The notes under the pieces were generated by a model. The model saw only the letters and a list, made by a program, of their open reading frames with translations. It did not search any database and was not told the DNA's origin. A program made the translations under genes and the position numbers. A stretch of 63,986 nucleotides of DNA, filler included, from Dimargaris cristalligena (taxonomy: Eukaryota): NCBI GenBank assembly GCA_003614675.1. It is 3 parts of 3 records of this genome, joined end to end, with 100 filler letters (N's around TTAATTAATTAA, not from the genome) between each part and the next. Parts side by side here need not be neighbours in the genome. Positions count along the whole stretch, not along the records: positions 43,922 to 63,986 come from ML002707.1; 2 more parts are not named here. One strand, 5' to 3'. Shown here piece by piece: positions 49,732 to 61,209 of this stretch. How positions within the stretch are numbered: the first letter of the stretch is position 1; the number at the start of each line of letters is the position of its first letter.

Positions 49732-50670
49732 ATGGCTCCCCCCACGTCGCGCCGATCCCTAGGCTGGTCCGCTGTGGCTGCGTCCGCGGCCCTGGCCCTA
49801 GTCTCCTACGGCCTTTATACCTGGACTCGCCGACCCTCCCTTCCTTCGTCCGACTCCGACCCCAACCGCTTCCCGTCCTCCAGGGAACCGCCCACCCTAC
49901 TCCAAACTCTGCAGAGTCTAGGGAGGGCTCCGGCCAACTCCAGTCACAGCCGCAGTCACCACTCCCAACGTCCTAAAGCCACCCTCTGTTTAAACCATAC
50001 CCTCATTTGGAATCCCTCCAAAGACCCCGCGTCGCCTAACCTGGCCTTTAAACCGGGCGCCCTGGCCCTGCTACAGGCCCTGACCACCCACTTTGACCTT
50101 TACCTCATTGCCACCGTGGAGAGTCCCGTCCACCAGGCCCATCTCACCGACCTCCTGCGCGACCGTGAGGCCATCGATTTCGACGTTCCTATTCCTACTC
50201 CTACCCATATTTCCTCAGAAGCAGCCACGTCCGCCACCGATCCCCGGATACCCATCGACTCCCGCAAACTGCTATTCTGTCAGTCGTCCCCCGGTAAATC
50301 CCATATCGTCCGCCACATTGACCCCCAGATCCATATCGATGCCGACCCGGACTGTCTGTCCGCCCTAATTCTGTTCGTTCCCCAACTCATTTGGCTCCGG
50401 CGCCGTTGTCATGCCACCACCCCCTCCCTCTTAAGTTCGCCCCGGTTGCCGTCCCACTCGACGACCCTCCTCCCCCCACCGGTCCCCTGCGATGATAACA
50501 ATGATGATGATGATGATGCCGTATTCAGTAGTAGCGATAAACTAAGCCTGTCGTCGTCATCGTCATTATCTGAGGCCTCTCCTTGCGACAGTGCCATCCT
50601 GCAGACCCTACGGGATTCCGCCAAAGTACGGATATTCGATAATATCGAATTCAAGTCGATCCCGCGCTAA
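49732..50670 (+). CDS. PEX22: Pex22-like peroxin (plant-type), 312 aa
   Basis: N-terminal TM anchor (WSAVAASAALALVSYGLYTW-TRR). FDLYLIATVES and RKLLFCQSSPGKSHIVRHIDPQIHIDAD match the plant Pex22 pattern DLYLM..V / KVLFCST..GR.SFVRQLEPDWHID. Confidence 0.75.
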   Translation: MAPPTSRRSLGWSAVAASAALALVSYGLYTWTRRPSLPSSDSDPNRFPSSREPPTLLQTLQSLGRAPANSSHSRSHHSQRPKATLCLNHTLIWNPSKDPASPNLAFKPGALALLQALTTHFDLYLIATVESPVHQAHLTDLLRDREAIDFDVPIPTPTHISSEAATSATDPRIPIDSRKLLFCQSSPGKSHIVRHIDPQIHIDADPDCLSALILFVPQLIWLRRRCHATTPSLLSSPRLPSHSTTLLPPPVPCDDNNDDDDDAVFSSSDKLSLSSSSSLSEASPCDSAILQTLRDSAKVRIFDNIEFKSIPR

Positions 50671-51346
50671 ACTATGCTTATTTGACCCCCCAATCCACTC
50701 ATCCTTGGCTAGGGAAGTACGTTCATTAGTATAGTAATGCGTGATATTTAACCTCGAACGAGTGCTAATCCCCTCCCCTAGCACCATCGATCCTGTATAA
50801 AAATAACTTATCCCCCTAAAAAGACCAGAGCGCCTCAGATTAATTGCCGTGTTATCACATAGTAGATTGAGAAACACAAAGTCCTTTGACTTTAATTTTT
50901 AATGGTATACACCAACAATGGCGGGCGAAGTTTATAAGATATATATTTAGTCAACAAAAACAAAAAGAAGGAAAGGGAAGAAGCTATAGTCAGACAATGT
51001 CCGATAGAATTAAAATCGTGTCCACTGTGGGGGTGGATGGGTGTAATTAATCGTGAGGCGTTATACAAAGACATACAAAAGAAAACCTTATCAGATGCGT
51101 AGCATACGAAGAGTTGGAAATAAGAGAGAGAGCGAAGGGAACTAACTAACGAGGATTGGTTATAAGGTAAGTAAAAAAATCACCACCGGTCTAAACAAAG
51201 TAAATAATAAAACAATCAAGGAATTACGGAATAACCCAGCCAGCCAAGTAAAGGCTTGGCTTGGCTAGGCTTTAATAAAGAACAAATCATTTTCCGGTGG
51301 GAGCGATACAGAATTGAAAAAAAGGAAATTGACAGGCCTCGCGGAT

Positions 51347-53731
51347 TTATGGGGATCGTTTGTTTATAACCAGGTGCTCTTGGAGCATACGAATCCAATC
51401 ATCGGCCTGTTCGCGGGTCTCCGCACAAAGCCAGTAGTCCCGCTTATTCCCTTCGAGACAAAATGCCGGTCGCTTGCTTTTACTGGAATCAGGACTGGGC
51501 AGCCGAACTCCCTTGATCTCATCCAAGGCGATAATCCGGGGGACCCGACTCTCCTGTTGAACGAAAATCGCACGGATCAAACAATGTGTGAGAAGTTAGT
51601 AAGTGGGTGGGTCGACCTGAAATCACCTGAGGTAGCTGATATATACACTCTGTGAATTTCCCGGGCATTGCTTGCATACCGCGGGAAATGAAAACATTGC
51701 TACCTGCTGATTCGCACAGGGTTATCTCTCTCTCTCAATCTCTCTTTCTAACGTCCAGTTGTCAATATTATTGAAATACAACTTAGCCAATATAGAGGAA
51801 ATCATCAATTAGTTACCTTGTTATTGCGGTAGTAGGACAAGCTCTTGGCCCGTAAAACAAACCACCGTCTGCGCCAGTGCTAGATGTCCGTGAATAAGCC
51901 ATAATAATATTAATAACACAAATCAATATCAAAGCAAGTTAGTATTTCAGCGGACACGGTGCTTCAAAATAGACTTGCGCCCCCATATCCAAGTGATGCA
52001 TTCCACCCCCCCCTCCCAGACCGCAGTATCTACATGGGCTATTAAGCATTACCTTATATTTGTCACGCTTGAGCAGATAGCCCTTCTGTAGGACTTCCGT
52101 ACTGTTCAGCCGTTCACGCACTACAGGGTCCCAGTTATGTTCCTCCGTTTCGTCGTCGGAGCTAGGTTCAGCACCCCCGTCGGAGTGCTCCGGGAATGGC
52201 GAATGCAGGATTCCGGGGCTGGCGGGACCATCGGGAGACCAGGCCGGGAACCCAGGGTCGGAAGCGTCGGTCTGATGCGAACCTACCCGCGGAGTGGGGT
52301 TAATGGTATGGGCCCGGTTAAGGGTCAGGTGGGTGGGTCGGATAGGAATGGCACGGGGCTCGGGCAAAGTGGTGATGGGCGTGGGGGGGGCCGAAGGGGG
52401 CGTAGGTGACGCCAGTGGAGGCGAAGAACCGGTAGAAGTAGCAAATTTCAAATGGGGGCGTACGGGCACGGTAGTGCCCAAGGCTTCAATCGGGCTAATG
52501 GGCTCCTCCTGCGAAACTTTCCGGGGGTTCGCCATGGTATGAGCCCGGTTCAATCGGCCCGGTGGTGCGGGAAAAACTGCCAGAGGGTCGCCCTGGGGCA
52601 TTCGCCGGGGGAGGTTCTCCTTGGCCAGGCGAATTTCCTCTATCCAATCGTGCATTTCCGTAGGGGTTTCTGCCTGCAGATAATAGACCTTATCGGTAGT
52701 AATGATGCCAATCACATTTTCCCGGCTCTTTTTTGGCACCTCCGAGATGGCTCGGATGGTATTCAGCTTAATGAGGTGGTTGAGCTTGTATTCCTATGGG
52801 TAATTCAGCATATATTAAGATAATGGTTAGAGGCCAGTCTTAATACAGAGGAGATAGTACCGCCAAGACCATTCATTGGATGACAATGCGTAGAAGCGAC
52901 CTAGGCTTCTGGGCAAGCCGGGCTGAGAAACGAAGTGTGCGACAGCGCAAATGATGAAATCCGACAACTAGGGAGGGAACCGGGAGTCCCCTAAGTAGTT
53001 ACGACCAAGTGCCAAGGCTGTTGTCAATCCATTGTGCCACCTGGACCAGTCAAAGGAGTGGGATACCATCATCCTGTCGAACCAGGGCCTAGCCACCGAA
53101 GCCAGGCGGGGACAGTATATTCGACAACCGGATAACAGGGGGAGACGGGCCCGCTCTTAGCCATAGAGATGGAGCAACTCTATGCATCGCAAGATATTAA
53201 AGGGACGTCCGCTTACCTTTTCGTCCCTATAACAGGCTAGGACAGTGGTGCGCAGGACAAACCACTTGCGTTTCCAGACCTATACATCATATTGTGATTC
53301 AGAAGGCCAGAGGGATATTAACCGTCGGATATATGCCCGATAGGCAATCATATTTTAGAAAATAACCAAACAAAAGGTATTAGCAACGTTGGGGCATTTG
53401 TGGCTCAATCGGCGTTGGTGGGTAAACGTTGGACCGCCAACGAAATCACCCCCTTCCCCCTGTCCCATTTATACCGGCAGGGGAGAATCCACCTGCTGGC
53501 CAGGGAAGCGATAGTGAAAAAGTAAGGTGCTGTATATACAAACCCCTCGGTAGGCTTGGGCTCCCAAGTGGGGCTAGGTGGCAAACCTACCTTCAGTTTA
53601 CCGGAGCGTTTAGACAAGCTTCCTTTTTTAAGAATAGCTTGGGAATCGATGGCTTCGTCGGCGGCGAGCTGCAGGATTTGTTCTTCGCGGTCGGACTCAG
53701 CGCCCTCTTCAGACTCGTAGTTGAGGGGCAT
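51347..53731 (-). CDS. Tandem PH-domain protein (Opy1-like), 5 exons, 404 aa
   Basis: Exons 53731-53591, 53279-53217, 52793-52053, 51879-51817, 51553-51347, all phase 0. PH1: KKGSLSKRSGKLK|VWKRKWFVLR...WIEEIR. PH2: QKGYLLKRDKYK|HWRRRWFVLR...DDWIRMLQ. Confidence 0.9.
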
Positions 53732-54742
53732 GGTGGGTGGGTGCTTGGCGGTATTATAGGTAAGGGGGGAAGGATTAGGGATGGAGCGGAAGCTGGAACT
53801 GGAACTGGAAAGCAAGGTGGAAGGGTAATGGAACCAATAGTGACATAAACATAAAGGTAGGGCGGGTGTCTGCTCGGTTGAGAAAAACAAGGAAGGAAGG
53901 TAGTAAGGTAGGTATGTGGTTTGGTTGGGTGTAAGCGACGGCGGTATATAATACAGTCGAGCCGACAGGGCCGCGGGAGGGAAAGGGAGAAAGGGAAAGG
54001 AAGGTCAGGCGGTCAGGCCAGGGCATAGAGTTGTATTATTATTATATATTATGTAGAATCTATGAAACAGTCCCGAATAGTGGAGGCAGCATATACTCTA
54101 TACTATTAGTATATGCGCATAGAGCCTCGAGAGGGCCCGTTGTCGCCGCCTTTGTATGCGGCTTTGCTGGGCGAGAGGGCTCCGCTTATTGTGGTAGGCC
54201 GAGCTGCATACAGTGAGAAAAGCGCGGCCTGATGATGGTCACAGCCAGGGAAACGGAGCCCTCTCCCTCTCTTCTTTCTCTCCTTTCTCTTTCTCTCTCT
54301 TTATTCTATTCCAGGAATATATCGTGTGCTACCCACCACCACACTCTTTTCTCCTCTCCCATTGGCCCGGACTAATGGGGAGATAATTATGTGGTAATGC
54401 CACCTGTTCATAGTAGTTTACAAATCACCTGACTTGACCTGGGTGGGGCTGTATGTGGCGGGATATTATTAGGTAGGGTATATTATGTATGTACTGCTTT
54501 GCATGAAGGAGAAGGAGGGAACTATTTTATTATTTACTCTCCATAACACTGGGTGGGCTTGTTCGTGTTTCCGCACACGGCAAATACGCGTTCCCGGTTT
54601 TCACGAGTGGTGGTGCCCGAATGGGCTGGGTAAAAATACTTTCCGGCTCCTTCAGTAGCTCCATAATAACCCCTTTCTAGTTGTTGCATTCGCGGGGGGC
54701 CTCTCCCTCTCTCCCCAGTTTCCGCCCTCCTTCGTCACTACA

Positions 54743-56044
54743 ATGCCCAGGAACTCCTCATCTATCGTCTCTTCGCCCTCCTCGTCCATGTCCACTGCCC
54801 CGGACCCAACGTCGCCCGCCGAATCGACTCGTGTTCTTCCCCAGCGGCGGTCCCGCCGCGAGCAGATGACGGCTACCCCTGACCTGGCTGAAGCCCTTTC
54901 TCGTAAGTTGTTGTTATTTATACCTGACTCTCCCTCACCTTTAAACCTCCCGTGGTTTAGGCGTTCAGGCCCAATTATGAAACCCCCCTTTCGTCCACCG
55001 TGTAATTTAGCTACTATTTTTGTTGGTATCCCGGCTGTCCAGCACTCCTCCCACTAACCAAATAAAATCGAATAAACTACTACCCTATTCCCTAAACTCC
55101 AATACCACGCTGTTCCAACGCTAGCTGAGCGATTGGCCACCCAGCGGTTCCTCGATGAATTAGTCATTCATATTGGGCGGTCTGGCTCCTGTGCTGCCGC
55201 CACTCATGACAACGACAATTCCCCCAAACCAGCCTACCAGGTCATCCGGGACCAGTTTGATCCCCGCTTATCCTCTAGCTACTATCCGACCTCCCCACCG
55301 TCGCCTCGCCTGCCCACCTTTACTCTTTTAGATCCCCAAACCTTGGCCACCCTTGGTCCACAAAACCACAAGCCACCCGCTAGGCGAACCCGGGCCCGAG
55401 CGGCTAAAGGGAATGGCGATGTCGGCAACTCCAGCTCCAGCTCCACTAAAGTAAGGGGATCGTCCATCAATCAGTACATGGTCAACCCACACTGTTCAGC
55501 ATTAAGTCAGCCAATCTCTATCTATCTTTTCCTTTAATCTATAATCTACAATAAGTGAGTGCCTTGACTTACCCCCACAGCCCATTCATTATGATAATTG
55601 CTGGTGGATTTACCAATCTACTATATTATTTGCTTTCACCAGGTTGACGATACCTCGGATAATTACTATGAACACCAACACCGTAAATTCGAGTTGGTCG
55701 AGAAAAAGAGCCGAAACCGTGACTTGGAGGTAGCGGCCCATAATTTGTACAAAAAGCAGATCCTCCAGGACCAGCTCCATTACTTGACCATAAACCACTT
55801 ACAGGTTGCTCCAACCTCCCGACACCCCGAAACGGCGGAACAGTCGGAGCATAGTGGGTCCCCCGGACCACGCCCCACGGATGGTCCCTTGGTCCAATCG
55901 GGTAAGGCCCGTCCGCCCGACCCACCCAATACGACGGTGCGTCGGTCGCAGAGGCTACCCCAGAGTGTTCTCCCCCTTCAGATGGACTTTCGCAGCGAAG
56001 AGTTTCAACTCCCCAAGGCCTGGCTGCGGAAACGATCACGCTAG
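54743..56044 (+). CDS. Hypothetical nuclear protein with a Sas4/PEHE-like motif, 3 exons, 295 aa
   Basis: Exons 54743-54902, 55125-55450, 55643-56044 (GTAAGT/GTAAGG donors, phases consistent). DDTSDNYYEHQHRKFELVEKKSRNRDLE resembles the D.SD..Y...H.K.E..EK motif of MYST-acetyltransferase partner proteins. Confidence 0.65.
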
Positions 56045-56324
56045 CCCCCCCCATTATGACTCTAAATTTAACTGGTTCCTCACTGTACACTAACCCGACT
56101 GCCCCTGGTATATTATTCTACTATAAGAAGAGGCAATCTAAGCTCTACTATATAAATCCACTCCCTTTGACCCAGCGGGCCGTCGTAATTTATTATTGGA
56201 GTTTTGATACGAATCGGCTCGTTTTCCTGGTCCACGTCTAATTAACAATAATATATATAAAAATAAACAATAAATAAACAATCCTGATGGTAAAAACAAG
56301 TTCCTTGCAGCCAGAGGTTATAAT

Positions 56325-57143
56325 CTATAGCGATGACAGAAGGTCCGAAATGTCCGAATGGAAGGCCAAATCGACGGCGGTAAATCCTTTGCCATTTTTC
56401 AGACTCCGATTAGCCCCTCGCTCTAGGAGGGCGCGCGTCACATCCGTATCACCCAGCAGTACCGCCAAATGTAGCGTGCTGTTCATGTTCCCGAAGGGGA
56501 TGTCCAGGTCTTGGTCAAAAGTCACGTCGATAATATCCAGGGCAATCCCGGTCTGGCCGTTCAGAATGGCCACTTGCAGACCCGTCAGAGCTCCCAGATA
56601 AGCGCCGAGGCATTTAAAAGCCTGTAGTTCCACGGTCTGGTCGTATTGGTAGTCACCGCGTACCTTGACGGTAGTGAGGCGGCGGTCGGCGGTTAGCAGG
56701 ACTCGCACTCGCTCGCCCTGGTTGTCAAGAATAGCGCGGAAGAACCGTTGGGTGATATCATCGTTGGGTGAAAGCGCGGGACGAAGGGCATAGGGTTTCG
56801 ACGGGGTGAGGACCTATACAGGGTTAAGGCCAAAATTAAGAGGGCGGAAATACATTATATCCAGGAACGGGGGGTCATATAGTAGAGGTGAGAGGCTAAG
56901 CGGATAGGCCTAATAGAAGAGTAACTATTTCTTAACCAATAGGAGCGGTAAAAAAAATCTGATATAAAAACAAACCACATAATATTCCCTAGTTTGGGAG
57001 ACCGACTGACTTGGGGGACCCAAATGAAGGGAGGGTCCCTAATAAGAATCGTCAAGGTGGCTTACCGGAGGATCGGCACTGGTGAGGGGCGTGACTCTGG
57101 TCGGGGCCGTCACGGCAGCAGCTACGGTAGTGGAATCAGTCAT
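56325..57143 (-). CDS. Small ankyrin-repeat protein, 2 exons, 188 aa
   Basis: Exons 57143-57066 and 56813-56325 (GTAAGC...TAG, phase 0). ALTGLQVAILNG, NSTLHLAVLLGDTDVTRALLERGAN, KNGKGFTAVDLA. Confidence 0.85.
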
Positions 57144-58501
57144 GAGGGGCTACTAAATGAGGCCAGTGGCGCTAAAGGTGAAGCAATTGCGGGGCTTCCG
57201 AAAGGCAGGGGGGCGGATGGGGCCTTAAAACGAAATAGCAGGAAGAGGAGAGGGGTTTGGAAGGGAAGGAAGGGGAAAGGAAAGGAAATAAAAGGAATAG
57301 GGCAAATGTGTGGTGGGGACCGGTCGGTGTAGCAACCGTACTTAGTTGGAGAGGGCAGGCCTGAGCTGAGTCGCGTGCAGCCATGCCTCACAATAGACAC
57401 GCAAGGCGGGGCAGGCCGCTGACTGACGGAGAAAAACACCCCGCCGAGTAGAGAGAGGTTCGTCATTGTTTTGCTTTGGTATCCTGTTGGGCCAATGCGA
57501 AGCAAAGTTACACTAGGCGAAGCCATATGGATTTAGGTTTGGTTGGGTTCGACTATAATAGTATAAATAGTGCTACTCTCCGACCACGAACCAACGTAAA
57601 ATGACTCTCCGCTATTAATCAGGGCCGGTCGGATTAGTAGGGTTTATAATGGGTATCATCCACCTTTTCCAGCCTTCACTATTGTTGCATGGGTGTGGGT
57701 TTTCCACCCCAGCATGCCGTCGCTGTTCGTTTTATGCACTAGCCCATTGTACGTCCTTCACACGCCTGGGGATGCTGCCAGATAATAACCTACAGAATGT
57801 GCCGGTCCAGCCAACTATATCCTGTGCATTATGGCTAGGGTTAGTGGGGTGTCGCCTGTGTGATTTAGGGTGGTTACGAAAATCCACCAAAAATTGACAT
57901 TCGAAGCGCTGCCGGCGGTCCATGTGATGAATCCGAGTAACTAATTCGTTGCGGATGAAGGAGGCGGGTTAACCCGAGAGGTCGGCCATGAATAGCACTA
58001 TAGGGTGACAGGGACAATATATTCATGACATACTCTTCTATACTAAGGTTGGTAGGGCTGCAGCGTTCACTACTCTCGGCCACCCCGACCTTCGGCATTT
58101 TGGCTAAATACGGAGAAGCAGTTCCATCCAAAAACGGGGATTACGTATAAATAATAGTTCTATAATATACATTAACCGAGTACCGTTATTGGGATGGAAC
58201 TAGACCACCAGATCAATATTATTTTATCGATCCCCTTTTACAGCGGGTCTCCCTGGCCTCACAGTTGCCATAACTCTTCTTACCAATTTATTTCGTGGCA
58301 CCGTGGCAAACCAATGGGATGCATAGCAGTAAAGTATTCTTCGCTCGTTTTTGCGTTACCAAACAGCCCTTCTGTATTAGTCTTGTTGGATAGTTTCCAG
58401 AGCCCGGGCCCTACCGTCTATATTTACAATCGAATAGTTCGAGTTTATTGGAAGCTAGTCTAGGTGGTCTTGCGTATAGCGGAATATAATGAGACCGATA
58501 A

Positions 58502-59176
58502 TCAGCCCTTCATGAACCGCTCCAAGTGTGTCCGGGTTCCGGCGTCAGCCAAGTCGAGCGGGGTTTTGTCATCGGCATTAAGGGCATCCGCGTTTGCCCC
58601 GTGCGCAATGAGCATCTCGGCCAGCTCGGTGTACCCTTCCTCACACACGATGTGTAGCGCCGTATTTTTCTCGTGGTCGGCCAGACTTACCCGGGCCTTG
58701 TGCTCGAGCAAGAACTGCACCATTGTCCCGTGGCCCTTGAGCACGGCACGATGCAGGGGTGAATGGCGGTTGCGATCCACCGCATCTATGGGGGCCCCGT
58801 GCTCCACCAGGGTATGGGCAATTTCAACGTGGTTTTTGGAAGCGGCGTAGTGCAGGGCGGTCTGGCCCGTTTCGGTAGCCAAACTAACGTCCGCTCCCGT
58901 ACGAACCAGCAGTTTCACCAGGTTGGTGGCCCCCACGGAGGCCGCGATGATAAGCGGCGTCCAGCCGGCGTCGTCCGAGGTATTCGGGTCGCTCTTGCGG
59001 TCCAATAAGAAATGCGCAGTCTCGTACTGGCCTCCCGAGGCCGCCCAGTGCAGAGGGGTCCGCTCGTCATCATCCCGGGCCTGTACCAGTTTAGGGTCCG
59101 CGTCGACCAAGCGGCGGAGGGCCTCGGTACGGCCGCTCAGACACAGGGCAGAGACTTCAGCAGTGAGCGGGACCAT
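58502..59176 (-). CDS. NAS6: Ankyrin-repeat protein, proteasome chaperone Nas6/gankyrin (PSMD10)-like, 224 aa
   Basis: DDDERTPLHWAASGG, DDAGWTPLIIAASVG, GQTALHYAASKNH, SPLHRAV and NTALHIVCEEG follow the gankyrin repeat order. Confidence 0.85.
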   Translation of the reverse strand: MVPLTAEVSALCLSGRTEALRRLVDADPKLVQARDDDERTPLHWAASGGQYETAHFLLDRKSDPNTSDDAGWTPLIIAASVGATNLVKLLVRTGADVSLATETGQTALHYAASKNHVEIAHTLVEHGAPIDAVDRNRHSPLHRAVLKGHGTMVQFLLEHKARVSLADHEKNTALHIVCEEGYTELAEMLIAHGANADALNADDKTPLDLADAGTRTHLERFMKG

Positions 59177-59539
59177 TTGGAGTGGGTATCTGAACGGGAA
59201 TGCGACTGGGGAAAAGGGTGAGAGGTTATTATTAGGTATAGAAGTTTATCACGGAGAAAAGCAAGGTAAAGCGAAGTTGATAATAAAGAATAGCGAAGAT
59301 GGGGAATGAATAAGGACTATGAACCGGGGGGAGGGTTTCAGGTCAATTAGACAATGGGCGCAGCCTTTGGGCCTTTAGTCAGCTTTCCCTCCTCCCCCTT
59401 CTTGGGTGAACCTGCCCTTGCTGGGGAATTATTCGTATTGGGGATACTGGTTCCGGTTTCTGGTGTAGAGAGGGCGAGACTGCTCGAGGCTCTTTTATTC
59501 AGTCCGACCCTTTTTCCCTCCCTGTTCCCCTATTTCCGA

Positions 59540-59782
59540 ATGTCCTTCGCTTCCGACGCCACCCTCGGGTTCCCACCCCAGCCCACCGCCCCCTCCTTCC
59601 GGCCGGGCTCGAGTCTGGCCCAAGCCGATGCCGGAAATAGCCATCCGGCCAGGTGGGTACCATCTGTACCTGCCGTGCAGGAACAGCTCCGGCTGCTCCC
59701 ACGCTTCGACTCTGCTCAACTCCACCCCGCATGGTTCGGCGATTGGCAGTCCCTCCACTCCCCACCACGACCCCATCTATGA
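59540..59782 (+). CDS. Hypothetical small protein (80 aa)
   Basis: GC-rich ORF MSFASDATLGFPPQ... divergent from the Nas6-like gene and followed by an AT-rich 3' region. No recognisable domain. Confidence 0.3.
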   Translation: MSFASDATLGFPPQPTAPSFRPGSSLAQADAGNSHPARWVPSVPAVQEQLRLLPRFDSAQLHPAWFGDWQSLHSPPRPHL

Positions 59783-60033
59783 ACAAAACCAACTACCCCC
59801 CACCCTCTTGAAGCTACGTGAACCCCAACACCCCTCCCAACTAGGCATAATATACACCCACCCGGCTAGGTCTTAATGATAAAAACAGTTTTATATATGA
59901 AACTGGGTGTTAAGCGACACGAAGCAAAAACACTACTATTAAATTAATGGGGCCATTTTCGGGCCTGGTACACACCCGTCCAGCTCTAAATAAGGTAGAG
60001 AAATTGGCAAGTAGTTCCTAATAAATTAATGGA

Positions 60034-61209
60034 TTACAAGTGCAGCAACCGATACTCGGCCGCATTGTAATCGATGGCATTGACGTGGAGGTCAGTGATG
60101 TTGTAAATCCAGCTATGGATCTTAATGTGGCTGTTCACCTTGATGGCCTTGCGGTACACCTGGGACTCGGCAATCTTGCGCACGGAGCGGACCACATTCA
60201 ACTCGGTCAATTTCTTGTTGCGCTCATCATCGTCCTTGAGGCTGCTGAAGTATTTCTCGTTGTTGGTGTAAATAGTCTTAATGGGGCTGAGGTAGCCGTC
60301 TAAGTAGACGTCGTCGGGCGTTCCGCTAAGGGCCGCCTTCACGCCGCCACAGCTAACGTGACCCGCTACCACAATGTGGTCAATGTTGAGGTGCATCAGG
60401 GCGTACTCCAGGAAAGCCATTTGACTCCAGTCCTCGCTATTGACGATGTTGGCAATGTTGCGGTAGGTGAATACATCACCGATGTTAAGCTTCAGTAGCT
60501 CCTCGGGGACCACTCGCGAGTCGGAGCAACCTATGGGGTATAACAGTAGGGTAAGGGGGTTAACGGTGGCAGAAGATGGAGGGGGGGCTGTGGTTAGTAG
60601 ACGGGCCAGGTGAATCCGAATTCATAACAATCAAAGCGCGAGTGAAGCTAGCGGGACTATCATCAAGGAGAGTCCCGTTGGATTCCGGGAGCCCCCCGGT
60701 CTGGCTCGCTCTCTTCCATCGCCCGTGTCCTTCGCTAGTAAGGGACCACCAAAACCAAGCCTTAACTTACCTATCCACAAAATCTTGGGCGTCTGGGTCG
60801 TCTTCAGATAATTCACCAAAACCGACTGAGTCGACATCATACTCATGCTCCATTCAGCATTGGCCTTGAATGCCGACTGGATATCGTAGGTTGTCTTGGG
60901 TGTCGCGCTGGGCTCCGTACCGTAGGACGTGGAGCTGAACAGGAGCCCAGCAACCATGCCCGCAATGAAAGTTCCGCGCATACCTAAAAGTTCATTACAC
61001 CGACCGGGCAGGACCGTGGAGTGGGAGGTTGCATATGGAGATGGTGCAGAGAGCAGTGGGGGCAGAATCATTAGTTACATGGATTTGATCTTATTTAGCG
61101 GAGTGATTGAAGGACAATACTGTTTTCCTAATAGGGGTCGGTAGGCTAGGGCCAGGGGGTATGTCGCACTGTCGAACAGCTAATCGCGGCATTACTTACC
61201 GAAAAGCAT
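60034..61209 (-). CDS. Beta-class carbonic anhydrase with N-terminal signal-peptide-like sequence, 3 exons, 239 aa
   Basis: Exons 61209-61200, 60983-60771, 60530-60034, phases consistent. Zn ligands ILWIG|CSDSRV and VAGHVSCGGV, plus GDVFTYRNIAN, LEYAL, LTELNV. Confidence 0.9.
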
